Below, in pieces: positions 38,226 through 47,806 of a DNA stretch of 64,000 nucleotides. The notes beneath the pieces are model-generated. The model had not been told where the DNA came from and made no database searches. It worked only from the letters and a program-made list of their open reading frames with translations. Positions within the stretch are counted from its first letter, which is position 1, and each line of letters begins with the position of its first letter. The stretch is from Candidatus Abyssobacteria bacterium SURF_17. Its GTDB lineage: Bacteria; Abyssobacteria; SURF-5. The DNA lies in assembly GCA_003598055.1 (NCBI GenBank), contig QZKI01000121.1, forward strand, positions 7,102 to 71,101, given 5' to 3'. A program made the translations under genes and the position numbers.

Positions 38226-39995
38226 CTACAGGCCGCGTTCCACATACTGCGTGTGAAGCAGCTTATGCGAGAGATGGCCTAAGGGCTTTCCCAGAAATTG
38301 TTCATAAATCTGGACTATTTCAGGGTTCTCGTGAGACTTCCGCAATTTCTTGCCTTCATCCTCCTTGTAGATGGCTCGTATCCTTGCCATGCGCACCTCA
38401 TTGTCCGTCATCCGCGGCTGGCCTCCGCCTCCGATGCATCCGCCGGGGCACGTCATGATTTCGACGAAATGGTAGCTGCCCTCGCCGGATTTGATACGCT
38501 CAATCACCTTTCTGGCATTCCCCAGGCCGTGAGCGACCGCCACCTTGAGCGTAGCTCCGTCGAGGAACGACCATTCGGGAACTGCACGCGGGATCTCGAT
38601 TGATGCTTCCTTCACACCTTCCAGCCCGCTAATAGGAGCGACGTGGAGGTTCTCGAACGGCAGCGGCGTCCCAGTCACGATCTCATATGCCGTCCTGAGT
38701 GCGGCCTCCATCACGCCTCCCGTGTTGGCGAATATGTCCGCGGCTCCCGACGACATGCCTATCGGCGAGTCCATCTTGTCGTCCGGCAGTGAGACGAAGT
38801 CGATGCCGGATTGCTTAATCATTCGGCCGAGTTCTCGGGTGGTCAAGACAACATCGACATCCCTGACACCGCTGCTGTGCATCTCCGGCCTCTGGGCCTC
38901 AAACTTCTTGGCCGTGCACGGCATGACTGACACCACAAAAATGTCCTTCGGCTCTTTGTTCAACATTTTCGCATAGTAAGTCTTCGCGACCGCGCCAAAC
39001 ATCTGTTGCGGAGACTTGCACGTGGAGATGTTCGGCAGCAGCTCAGGATAGAAGTGTTCTACAAACTTGATCCACCCGGGAGAACAACTCGTAAACTGGG
39101 GAAGAGCAACTTCCTTCTTCTCCACAAGCGCCGCTTTAAGCCGCATCAGAAGCTCGGTCCCTTCCTCTATGATGGTCAGGTCAGCGGTAAAGTTGGTGTC
39201 AAACACGCCGTCAAAGCCCAGCCGCCGCAGCGCCGAGACCATCTTTCCCGTCACAAGCGTTCCGGGCGGATATCCGAAGCATTCTCCCAGCGCAGCCCTG
39301 ATTGCCGGGGCTGTCTGCACGATTACGTGCTTGCTCGGATCATCAAGCGCAGCCCATGCTTCGCTAATCTGGTCCTTCTCGCTTATGGCGCCCACCGGAC
39401 ATACTGCGGCGCATTGGCCGCATTGGACGCAGACCACTTCGGCAAGCTCATTCGTGAATGCAGGGCCGATGACGGATTCAAACCCGCGGTATTGGGGAAA
39501 CAGGGCTCCCACGCCTTGGACTTGGCCGCAGACGGTTACGCAACGACGGCACTTGATGCATTTGGCCGAATCGCGCATAAGCGCCGGCGTGCTCGCATCA
39601 ACTACCCGAGCACTTTTTTCGCCGGGATAGGTGATGTCGCTTATGCCGAGCTCACGGGCAAGAGCCTGCAATTCACAGTCATCGTTCCGGTTGCAGGTTT
39701 GGCAGTCGCCGTTATGCTCTGATAGGAGAAGCTCTACCACGGTGCGCCTTGCTTCGCGCACCCGGGCCGTATTCGTGAACACCTTCATGCCGTCCAAGAC
39801 CGGCGTCACACAGGAAGCCACGAGAACGCGTGAGCCCTGCACTTCTACGAGACACACCCGACATGCGCCTATTGCTTGAATATCTTTCAGGTAGCACAAG
39901 GTCGGCACTCTTACTCCAATCTGGCGGACGGCCTCCAGAATGGTTGTTCCCTCGGGCACCTGCACACTCATACCATCAATGGTTAGTTGAGGCAT
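38226..39995 (-). CDS. hydA: [FeFe]-hydrogenase catalytic subunit, group A (HydA/HndD-like)
   Basis: N-terminal 2Fe-2S, His-ligated 4Fe-4S (HNGDCQTC), 2x4Fe-4S; H-cluster motifs FTSCSPGW, MPCTAKKFE, EIMTCPGGCIGGGGQP. Confidence 0.96.
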   Translation of the reverse strand: MPQLTIDGMSVQVPEGTTILEAVRQIGVRVPTLCYLKDIQAIGACRVCLVEVQGSRVLVASCVTPVLDGMKVFTNTARVREARRTVVELLLSEHNGDCQTCNRNDDCELQALARELGISDITYPGEKSARVVDASTPALMRDSAKCIKCRRCVTVCGQVQGVGALFPQYRGFESVIGPAFTNELAEVVCVQCGQCAAVCPVGAISEKDQISEAWAALDDPSKHVIVQTAPAIRAALGECFGYPPGTLVTGKMVSALRRLGFDGVFDTNFTADLTIIEEGTELLMRLKAALVEKKEVALPQFTSCSPGWIKFVEHFYPELLPNISTCKSPQQMFGAVAKTYYAKMLNKEPKDIFVVSVMPCTAKKFEAQRPEMHSSGVRDVDVVLTTRELGRMIKQSGIDFVSLPDDKMDSPIGMSSGAADIFANTGGVMEAALRTAYEIVTGTPLPFENLHVAPISGLEGVKEASIEIPRAVPEWSFLDGATLKVAVAHGLGNARKVIERIKSGEGSYHFVEIMTCPGGCIGGGGQPRMTDNEVRMARIRAIYKEDEGKKLRKSHENPEIVQIYEQFLGKPLGHLSHKLLHTQYVERGL

Positions 39996-40014
39996 TCCAT
40001 TCCACCCCTTCCGC

Positions 40015-43000
40015 TCAGCGCTCGTCTCGATAGTCGCAGCGCAGACACCGTTTCGCTTCCCTCTGGGCCACATTCTGCCGCCATGGCGTTTCCACCTCGA
40101 GGAAATTACTCCTCCTTTTTGCGACCGGAATCATCTGGGCCTTTGCACGCGGATATTGCACAGGGTCGGCCTCCGGGTCAAAGAAGGTGTCGATTGTTTG
40201 TTCCTTCCTCCAGAACGCCTCTCCCTCGCCCTCGAGAAACTCGTGAATACCCACAGCGGCCTTCTCGCCGCCTCCTATCGCGCTTGTTACCGTAGCGGGG
40301 CCGGTTGCCGCATCGCCTCCCGCGAAAACCCATTCAACGGATGTCTGTCCGGTCACCGGGTTCATGTGAAGCACATTTCCGGCAAATTTGAGGCTGATTC
40401 CGTCGCATATCTCCTTGCCATCCAGCGCTTGCCCGATGGCCGCGATTACCTGGTCGGCATTCACCACAAAGTCGCTGTCCTCACACCGCTCCGGACGCCG
40501 CCTCCCCGAGCGGTCATAGTCTCCTAGCTTCATGCGACAGCATTTCACGCCGACGACATGGCCGTTACTGGAGAGAATCTCGACAGGTGCAACAAGGGTT
40601 CTGATACGAAGCCCCTCTCGTTCTGCTTCTTCAATCTCCTCTTCATATGCAGGCATCTCAGCCCGCGTTCGGCGATACAGGATCGTCACCGCCCCGGCGC
40701 CCAGCCGGAGGGCTGTTCGTGCAGCATCAACTGCCGCGTTTCCGCCGCCGATGACGACCACTTCCTTGCCGACCGATACCGAGCCATTTAGGTTGTGGTC
40801 ATGCAAGAAGCGCATTGCGTCGCTCACGCCCTCGACCTTCTCGCCGGGAATGCCTAGGTCCAGACCTCGCGGAGTGCCTACGCCCACAAAGACCGCCTTG
40901 TAGCCATCCGCTTTCAAGCTCTTCAAGGTGAAATCCCTTCCAAGCTTCATTCCGGTTTCTATATCTACGCCGAGGTGCTCGATCATTCTAACTTCGCGCG
41001 TTATTACGTCTCGAGGCAGACGATAAGCCGGGATTCCCCAGCGAAGCATGCCTCCCGGCTGGCTCTCGGCCTCGAAGACCTTCGGACGATACCCCAGCCG
41101 TGCGAGGAAATATGCGCAGGAAAGCCCGGCAGGCCCGGCTCCGATTATTGCGACCTTGTGTCGTGCGTTTCGTTCGCTTTCCCGTATCTCCGGAAGCTGT
41201 ACCGTCACTTCCTGTTCAACCATGAACCGTTTGAGGCCGCGGATTGAAACCGACTCGTCCACGGTCGAGCGTCGGCATTTGCTCTCGCACGGATGGAAGC
41301 ATACTCGCGCGCATACGGACGCAAACGGGTTTCGATTTCGGTGAAGCTTCAACGCCTCGGCGTACCGGCCTTCGGAAATCAAGGCCACATATCCGGGTAC
41401 ATCCACGCCTGCGGGGCACGCATTCTGACATGGCGCCCGCACGAGCGACTCACAGACGCCCGCGGGACAATGTTTTTCCCTGATATGTGCGTTATACTCG
41501 TCGCGGAAATGCCTGATTGTGGACAACACCGGGTTCGGTCCGGTCTGCCCCAACCCGCAGAGCGCGGTATCTTTTATCTTGTTGCCCAGGTCGATAAGCT
41601 TTTCGACGTCGCCCTCTTGCCCGTTGCCCTCGCAAATCCGGTTCACAATCTCCAGCATCCGCTTCGTGCCCACCCGACACGGAGGGCACTTGCCACATGA
41701 TTCGTCCTGAATGAAGTCAAGGAAATAGCGAGCCATGTCCACCATGCACGTATCCTCATCCATGACGATGAGGCCGCCCGACCCCATGATCGCTCCCAAA
41801 TCGGTGAGCGATTCATAATCGACGGGCACATTGAGATGTTCCTTTGGAATGCACCCACCGGAAGGTCCGCCCATCTGCGCGGCCTTGAACTTTTTGCCGC
41901 CAGGAATTCCTCCGCCAACCTCATATATAATCCTGCCCAGCGACGAGCCAATGGGGACTTCAACCAGGCCGGTGTTGTTGACCGTTCCCGCAAGCGCAAA
42001 CACCTTGGTCCCTTTGCTCTTCTCGGTGCCGAACGAAGCGTACCATTCCGCTCCTTTCATGATGATCGCGGGTATGTTGGCATAGGTCTCCACATTGTTG
42101 AGCAGGCTCGGCTTTCCCCATAATCCTTTTTGGGCAGGGAATGGGGGCCGCGGCCTCGGCTCGCCTCGATTCCCTTCGATGGAGGTCATGAGCGCGGTTT
42201 CCTCGCCACATACGAACGCTCCCGACCCCATCCGAATCTCCAAATCGAAATCAAAGCCGGTCCCCATGATGTTCTTCCCGATGAGCCCGTATTGCCTGGC
42301 TTGATCGAGCGCCTTGCCCAGCCTCTCGACGGCAAGCGGATATTCGGCTCTCACGTACACATAGCCTTGGCTCGATCCGATTGCATACGCCGCTATTGCC
42401 ATGGCCTCGATGATGCTGTGGGGGTCGCCTTCGAGCACGCTGCGGTCCATAAACGCCCCCGGGTCACCCTCGTCACCGTTGCAGATTACGTATTTAACAT
42501 CTCCTTTGGACTGGCGGGTCACGCGCCATTTCCTGCCGGTCGGAAATCCTGCTCCCCCTCTGCCGCGCAGACCGGACTTCTCCACGACGTCGATGACCTG
42601 TTCAGGCGTCATCCCGGTTAGCACCTTGGCGAGTGCCTGATAGCCGTCTCGCGCGATGTATTCGTCAATCCGCAGCGGGTCTATGATTCCGCAATTGCGA
42701 AGAACGATCTTCTCCTGCTCGCGGAAGAAGCTGATGTCCTGAAGCCTGGCGACTCCTTGAGCTGTTGCAGGAGCCCTATGCACCAGCCGCTCAACTACGC
42801 GACCCTTCAGGAAATGCTCTTCAACGATGACCGCCGCGTCTTCCGGTTTCAGATTTTGGTAAAACACGCCGTCCGGGTAAACCACTGCCACCGGACCGAC
42901 CGCGCATGGTCCCAGGCATCCCGTTTCAATGATTCTTACTTCGCCCGTGAGACCATGCTTGCGTAAGGGATCCTGCATCGCCGCACCGACCTCGAGCGAG

Positions 43001-43059
43001 CCCGAGGCAACGCATCCAGCGCCAGCGCACAGAAGGAAGTGAGTCCTGGCGTTCTCCAT
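40015..43059 (-). CDS. hydB: HydB/NuoF-like flavoprotein fused to a GltD/NfnB-like FAD/NAD(P)H module
   Basis: Trx-like 2Fe-2S, GRGGAGFP, GDEGDPGAFMDR, GGPSGG, CGKCPPCR; then APCQNACP/CARVCFHPCESKC, GAGPAG, GGGNAA, YRRT, EAKRCLRC. Confidence 0.92.
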   Translation of the reverse strand: MENARTHFLLCAGAGCVASGSLEVGAAMQDPLRKHGLTGEVRIIETGCLGPCAVGPVAVVYPDGVFYQNLKPEDAAVIVEEHFLKGRVVERLVHRAPATAQGVARLQDISFFREQEKIVLRNCGIIDPLRIDEYIARDGYQALAKVLTGMTPEQVIDVVEKSGLRGRGGAGFPTGRKWRVTRQSKGDVKYVICNGDEGDPGAFMDRSVLEGDPHSIIEAMAIAAYAIGSSQGYVYVRAEYPLAVERLGKALDQARQYGLIGKNIMGTGFDFDLEIRMGSGAFVCGEETALMTSIEGNRGEPRPRPPFPAQKGLWGKPSLLNNVETYANIPAIIMKGAEWYASFGTEKSKGTKVFALAGTVNNTGLVEVPIGSSLGRIIYEVGGGIPGGKKFKAAQMGGPSGGCIPKEHLNVPVDYESLTDLGAIMGSGGLIVMDEDTCMVDMARYFLDFIQDESCGKCPPCRVGTKRMLEIVNRICEGNGQEGDVEKLIDLGNKIKDTALCGLGQTGPNPVLSTIRHFRDEYNAHIREKHCPAGVCESLVRAPCQNACPAGVDVPGYVALISEGRYAEALKLHRNRNPFASVCARVCFHPCESKCRRSTVDESVSIRGLKRFMVEQEVTVQLPEIRESERNARHKVAIIGAGPAGLSCAYFLARLGYRPKVFEAESQPGGMLRWGIPAYRLPRDVITREVRMIEHLGVDIETGMKLGRDFTLKSLKADGYKAVFVGVGTPRGLDLGIPGEKVEGVSDAMRFLHDHNLNGSVSVGKEVVVIGGGNAAVDAARTALRLGAGAVTILYRRTRAEMPAYEEEIEEAEREGLRIRTLVAPVEILSSNGHVVGVKCCRMKLGDYDRSGRRRPERCEDSDFVVNADQVIAAIGQALDGKEICDGISLKFAGNVLHMNPVTGQTSVEWVFAGGDAATGPATVTSAIGGGEKAAVGIHEFLEGEGEAFWRKEQTIDTFFDPEADPVQYPRAKAQMIPVAKRRSNFLEVETPWRQNVAQREAKRCLRCDYRDER

Positions 43060-43064
43060 CGGTC

Positions 43065-43454
43065 TCAAGCCTCCTTAGATGATTGACTGCTTACCATGTA
43101 CTCAACGAGTGGCTGATTCTCCAGCATGTGCCTGGTCACAATCTCATGCACCTTCGACCGGTCAAGCCTCGCATAACAGAATTCCGTGCCTGATGCGTCG
43201 GTCAAAGTGAACATGGGCTCCTGGTCGCAAAGCCCCATGCATCCTGATAATCGGACAGTCACGCTTTCAACCCCTGCCAGGCGCAATTCCTCAATCACTT
43301 GCGTCAGGATGTCGCGCGCTCCGGCGGCGATTCCGCACGTTCCCATGTGCACCACGATGCGCATGTCTTTTTCCCCTGTGCGCAGCTCAATGTCGGACTT
43401 GGCTTGGTCACGGAGCGCGTTAAGGTCTTTGACGCTCTTAATTTTCTTCTCCAT
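43065..43454 (-). CDS. Thioredoxin-like [2Fe-2S] hydrogenase subunit (HndB/HydD-like)
   Basis: VHMGTCGIAAGA, SGCMGLCDQEP. Confidence 0.9.
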   Translation of the reverse strand: MEKKIKSVKDLNALRDQAKSDIELRTGEKDMRIVVHMGTCGIAAGARDILTQVIEELRLAGVESVTVRLSGCMGLCDQEPMFTLTDASGTEFCYARLDRSKVHEIVTRHMLENQPLVEYMVSSQSSKEA

Positions 43455-43456
43455 TT

Positions 43457-43987
43457 CTATGCCCCCTTCTCAGCGACGGCGCCCTGGTTCCTGTACTCAT
43501 CAAGGAGCTCATGGACTTTGAGCGGTTTCACGCGCTGATGCACTTCGTTATCGATGGTAATTGTCGGCGCCAGTCCACACGCCCCGAAACAGCGGGCGAC
43601 CTCCAAGGAAAACATCTTATCGGGCGTCGTCTCGCCCACATCGATGCCCAGGTCTCGTTTTATCGAGTCGAGCACCCGCTTCCCGCCTCGAACGTAGCAC
43701 GCTGTCCCCAAACACGTGCGGATGAGGTGCTTTCCCCTCGGGACGGTGGAGAAAAAGGAATAAAATCCGACAACTCCGGCAACCTCGCTATACGATTTGT
43801 TCAATCCCCGGCTGATGCGCTTGAGGGCCGATTCCGGCAGGTAGCCAAAGATGCCTTGCGCAATCTGAAGGACGGGAATGAGTGCGCCCGGCTTTTCCCG
43901 ATATTCCTGAATCACTTCATCGAGTCTGGCCAGAAGCTCCTGTTCCGACACTTCCTCACAGGCACATCCCAGTTTTTCTGGTGCCAT
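43457..43987 (-). CDS. hydC: HydC/NuoE-like [2Fe-2S] subunit
   Basis: LIPVLQIAQ..FGYLP, CLGTACYVRG, RCFGACGLAP. Confidence 0.93.
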   Translation of the reverse strand: MAPEKLGCACEEVSEQELLARLDEVIQEYREKPGALIPVLQIAQGIFGYLPESALKRISRGLNKSYSEVAGVVGFYSFFSTVPRGKHLIRTCLGTACYVRGGKRVLDSIKRDLGIDVGETTPDKMFSLEVARCFGACGLAPTITIDNEVHQRVKPLKVHELLDEYRNQGAVAEKGA

Positions 43988-44019
43988 CTCCTCTTACCTC
44001 CTTTGCTCCTCTCTCACGG

Positions 44020-44565
44020 CTACACTGACACTGCAAGCGTTACCATAGCGTTTTTGATCTCTTCCGAAATCAGTCTGGCAACCGCCAGGCCACGGAACTC
44101 ATTGAAGTTCAGCTTGCGTGCCACTTCCGACACACTCACGGCACTTTCACGCCCATCCACCTTCAACTTGCATCGAATGTCTATATCCGGATTCGTGCAT
44201 GCCACCGAAGCAAGCGTTGCGGCCAAGTCTCCCAAAGGACTCCTGTCAATATGGCTCAGCCGCATGGTCACCGTGACTACCAACCCCCCAAGCGGGGATT
44301 TCCCCAGCGTCAAGCTTCCGTTTGCTCGCTCGGCAGCCGCGCGGAAGAGGCTCAAGCCCAATCCCACCCGCTTACCCGATTTGGTGGTATAAAAGGGGTT
44401 CACAGCAACGTTCGGGGATACTTGAAGTCCTCGCCCGTTATCCTCAACGCTGATTTTCAGGAGGTCTTCCGCGTGGTCTTCTTCGACCGTTACCGAGACA
44501 ACTGAGACCCCTGCCCGGATGGAGTTTTCGATAAGGTCAAGAATATGCAGTGACAGCTCACGCAC
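44020..44565 (-). CDS. Stand-alone HATPase (histidine-kinase-like ATPase) of hydrogenase loci
   Basis: RELSLHILDLIENSIRAG, DNGRG, PFYTTK, VGLGL, HIDRSPLGD. Confidence 0.88.
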   Translation of the reverse strand: MRELSLHILDLIENSIRAGVSVVSVTVEEDHAEDLLKISVEDNGRGLQVSPNVAVNPFYTTKSGKRVGLGLSLFRAAAERANGSLTLGKSPLGGLVVTVTMRLSHIDRSPLGDLAATLASVACTNPDIDIRCKLKVDGRESAVSVSEVARKLNFNEFRGLAVARLISEEIKNAMVTLAVSV

Positions 44566-45292
44566 AGCAGCACCTTCTTCCACCAATTCCTTTTATCGCC
44601 TGGACAAGCTCATCGAATGTGGGTTCAGCCACTTCGAGTATCGTGGCGCACCTGCCTATCTCGAAGAGAAAATGACTGTCGGAAGAACTGACTACCGACA
44701 GCCCGTGAAAATGCTCACTGCCGAAGGGAGGAACAGCATTGGGTTTCAAGAAAATCTCGACGGCATCAAATCCCACGTCAGGGGGAAACAGGCCAAGCTG
44801 GCTCATAACGCTGAAGGACGGCCTGTTCACATGTGCAGCAATTGCAAGACCGTCATGTCTCTTTATGAGATTCACGGTTTCCGAAAGAGTGAGGGCGGAC
44901 GATGCAGCAAGCATCTTGGATTCAGTTCCCACAACCCGTCCTTTCGCGTCCATCAGGAGTTGCTGGCCGAACCTCTTCGCTCGCTCGCTCAGAGGAGGGA
45001 GATTTGCCCGAACCGTCTCGGCCGCGGAACAGGCTTTCGCAGCATCGGGAAACAGACCAACCACATGAATATCCTCGACCGTCGTTACTTCCATTCCCGC
45101 AACCGCAGCGATAGCTGTTCCCGCCGCCTCCTGCATGGATGCAGTGTTTCCTGCGGCGTTATGGTCGCAAATCGCAATCATGTGAAGCCCCTTCCGAACA
45201 GCCTCCTCCACAATCGCAGGAGGGCTCATCTCCTCCATCGCGCACGGAGACAGTGCGGAATGAATATGCAAGTCTGCCTTGAACCGTTTCAC
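44558..45292 (-). CDS. PHP domain phosphoesterase
   Basis: ADLHIHSALSPC, ICDHN, GMEV, AAHVNR, SSDSH. Confidence 0.9.
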   Translation of the reverse strand: MKRFKADLHIHSALSPCAMEEMSPPAIVEEAVRKGLHMIAICDHNAAGNTASMQEAAGTAIAAVAGMEVTTVEDIHVVGLFPDAAKACSAAETVRANLPPLSERAKRFGQQLLMDAKGRVVGTESKMLAASSALTLSETVNLIKRHDGLAIAAHVNRPSFSVMSQLGLFPPDVGFDAVEIFLKPNAVPPFGSEHFHGLSVVSSSDSHFLFEIGRCATILEVAEPTFDELVQAIKGIGGRRCCCA

Positions 45293-45642
45293 GCATGCTT
45301 CCCTCTCAGCCCCAAGGCGTAGAGCTTGCCCACGGTATTGAACGTTGACTCCTCGGTCGCATAGAGCACGAGGCCCTCTTCAATCGCTTTTTGCCTGACC
45401 GATTCTTCAGGCACCATGCCTCCGGCAAAAATCACCGCTTTGAGCTCAGCATGAACACACACCGCAATGACGTTGAGATGCACCTGAATGGTGACCAGCA
45501 GCCCTCCTTGTGGGGCATTGGCCAGCACGTCGCTCAGCAGGTCGCACGAATGACCGCTCCAGACTTCCGCCTGTTGGTCGGCTTCCTTCTCCGGCGTGAG
45601 ATTTCTCAGACTTAGTTGTTGCGCTATGTCCGCGAGTTTCAT
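45289..45642 (-). CDS. DRTGG domain protein
   Basis: CDLLSDVLAN...LVTIQVHLNVIAV...TFNTVGKLYALG. Confidence 0.85.
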   Translation of the reverse strand: MKLADIAQQLSLRNLTPEKEADQQAEVWSGHSCDLLSDVLANAPQGGLLVTIQVHLNVIAVCVHAELKAVIFAGGMVPEESVRQKAIEEGLVLYATEESTFNTVGKLYALGLRGKHA

Positions 45643-47216
45643 GGCGCTCTCTCCGCATCGTCAATGACATACGGACATGCCTTCTTCCGTGCTCTGCCCA
45701 TCACCACATCCTCGGCAAGCGCGTCGCAGGTCGGCGCGCCGCACAGACCGCAATCTTTGCCCGGAAGGCTTTTGGCGAGTTCCTCCAACTCAGACAGCTT
45801 TTCAATGGCCTGTGAGACATCGGCGCTGAGCCCCATGCCCGTTCGTGGCTTAAGCGGGGCCGTCCGGCGAATTGCTTTTGCTGCAATCGCATGTTCAACT
45901 TGGGTCCGGCTCCACCGATACCTGGCGACGAAGGGCTGCTCCGTGAGAAGCGGCGAGCCATAACACCCGCACTCGCATGCGTACAATTCCAAAATCCGCA
46001 CGTCGCGCAGCCGGCCGTTCTCCAGCTTCTCGAGCACGTCAATAACGTGCCTCATGCCACATGCTTCGAGGATGCCGTTGAGTGCGCTTCCGTTTGCCGG
46101 CGGAATGATGCGAACTTGCTGCAGCCGTTCCTCAACTCCTTCCTCCATGACAACCCGTTGAACCACGTGGCGAAATGTGGCGGGCATCATAACTTCGACA
46201 TTCCTCGAGAAAGAACCGGCGGTGAGTGCGGTAAGTTGACAAGGGCAACAAGCAACGAAGACAACCTTCTGTCCGTTGAACTGGTTCCTGGCTGCTTCAA
46301 AAGGGGATAAGAAGGGAGCTATGACTTCAATGAGAGACTGAAACCGCAATCGTATGAGATTCACAATGGCCGGACACACGGGCGAAATCACGGGCAATTG
46401 CCTTGCTTCTTCGGCAGCATACCTGATGACGGCGCTTCGCAACGCGTTCTCCCACGCTTCGGTGAGGTAGACCTCCCTGAAAGCGAGTTTCCGTATTCCT
46501 GCAAGCACGCGGCTGGGATATATTGCCGCACTGAATTGCGCCAGAAAATGGGGTGGGACTAACAACACCTTCTCTTCAAAAGGCTGAGCCTCACTCATGG
46601 CGCTCGCTGTCGTGAGCGCACCACTTTTGCATACTCCAATACATGCCGCGCAGTCGATGCAGAGTTCTCTCAGTATCTGTGGCTTGCCGTCGTAGACTCT
46701 CAGCGCCTTCGGTGCGCAAACCCTCACACAGTAGAGACATTGGCGACAATTCGTGGAAATCGCTCGAATCGAGTTGTGCCCTGTCTCCGAAGACTCCTGG
46801 CTCCTGAAGCAAACCGTATACAGCACCCTGGTTCCCTGGCCTACGGTGGAGTCTATCTCGAACACATCGGAGTTCTTCTTCATATTCGGCAGGCCCAGAC
46901 CGGCTCCATAGCCCAACTGCCTCGCCGCAGGCGAAGCCGTGGAGAAGCCTTCCTGCATTGCCTGCTCAATGTCGGGAATGCCGGGACCCTCGTCCCTCAC
47001 TTCAACCTCTATCTCCGTGGAATCAATGATCGCGCGCATGCTGCCCCTGTATGCGTGTATCACGACATTCATCTCGGCCTCGAAGGCGGCGATGATGGCA
47101 CGGCGCATATCGGCTGGGTCCATATTGATTTTTTTCAGAAGCCGCTTCAGCGCACTCGTTGCCGCGCCTGCCTTTTTGAAATCACCGCCCTCGATCATGC
47201 TAAGCGTGACTCTCAT
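45639..47216 (-). CDS. RsbT-like Ser/Thr kinase fused to a ferredoxin / degenerate Fe-hydrogenase large-subunit / FeS domain
   Basis: AFEAEMNVVIHA, DEGPGIPD, GFSTA, GAGLGLPNM; 2x CxxCxxCxxxC; ISPVCPA, ACCPC, ELYACECGC; LPGKDCGLCGAPTC. Confidence 0.87.
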   Translation of the reverse strand: MRVTLSMIEGGDFKKAGAATSALKRLLKKINMDPADMRRAIIAAFEAEMNVVIHAYRGSMRAIIDSTEIEVEVRDEGPGIPDIEQAMQEGFSTASPAARQLGYGAGLGLPNMKKNSDVFEIDSTVGQGTRVLYTVCFRSQESSETGHNSIRAISTNCRQCLYCVRVCAPKALRVYDGKPQILRELCIDCAACIGVCKSGALTTASAMSEAQPFEEKVLLVPPHFLAQFSAAIYPSRVLAGIRKLAFREVYLTEAWENALRSAVIRYAAEEARQLPVISPVCPAIVNLIRLRFQSLIEVIAPFLSPFEAARNQFNGQKVVFVACCPCQLTALTAGSFSRNVEVMMPATFRHVVQRVVMEEGVEERLQQVRIIPPANGSALNGILEACGMRHVIDVLEKLENGRLRDVRILELYACECGCYGSPLLTEQPFVARYRWSRTQVEHAIAAKAIRRTAPLKPRTGMGLSADVSQAIEKLSELEELAKSLPGKDCGLCGAPTCDALAEDVVMGRARKKACPYVIDDAERAP

Positions 47217-47568
47217 GCGTGATCCGCGCTCCCCGGCCCAATAACCGGCTCAAACGGTCCGCCGTTTCCGTCAGTCCGACAGATGAGACCATGAGAATCG
47301 TTCCGTTTTCCGTGGATGCGTTCAGCAGCTCTTGCTCCGGCACGTAGCCATTGAGAAGGCAAATCGCCGGCACTTCCAGAAGTCCTGCTACGCGAAAGAT
47401 GTGAGGATTGAGTATGTTGCTTACGACCAGCGTCCTCTCGCAGCACCGTTCGGCGAGAAGTTCGCTAATCTTGTCGTCAGCGTAGAATCGCTCAATCTCT
47501 GCGCTGAGTGGGCCTGAATAGGTCAGAATTTTGGCCCCGATTTTTTTGGCTAGTTCGTAGAGTCTCAC
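47200..47568 (-). CDS. DRTGG domain protein (divergent); start uncertain
   Basis: RLYELAKKIGAKIL...YADDKISELL...LVVSNILNPHIFRVA...ICLLNG; first gene of the operon. Confidence 0.65.
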   Translation of the reverse strand: MRLYELAKKIGAKILTYSGPLSAEIERFYADDKISELLAERCCERTLVVSNILNPHIFRVAGLLEVPAICLLNGYVPEQELLNASTENGTILMVSSVGLTETADRLSRLLGRGARITHESHA

Positions 47569-47624
47569 ACTCGCGCTCGCACGGTTGGAGTCATTGTCGA
47601 GGGCCCCCGTCCGCTGTCCGCAAA

Positions 47625-47640
47625 TGCAATCCCCATGCCG
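47625..47640 (-). promoter_or_regulatory. Putative sigma54 (-24/-12) promoter of the hydrogenase operon
   Basis: Minus strand CGGCATG-GGGA-TTGCA with GG-N10-GC spacing, lying between the bEBP gene and the first operon gene. Confidence 0.6.
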
Positions 47641-47806
47641 ACGACGTTTCATGAGGTGGGCTTGCAGGCAACTTGCCGAGCATGCAAGTAATCACTTTGC
47701 ACACAGCTTATGTATCCACAGAGATTTGCGAATGCAGAAGGGGGAGTGCGTAATGGAAAGGTGAACTCGTAATTATGAGCGGGTTACATCTGGATGAACC
47801 GAAATT

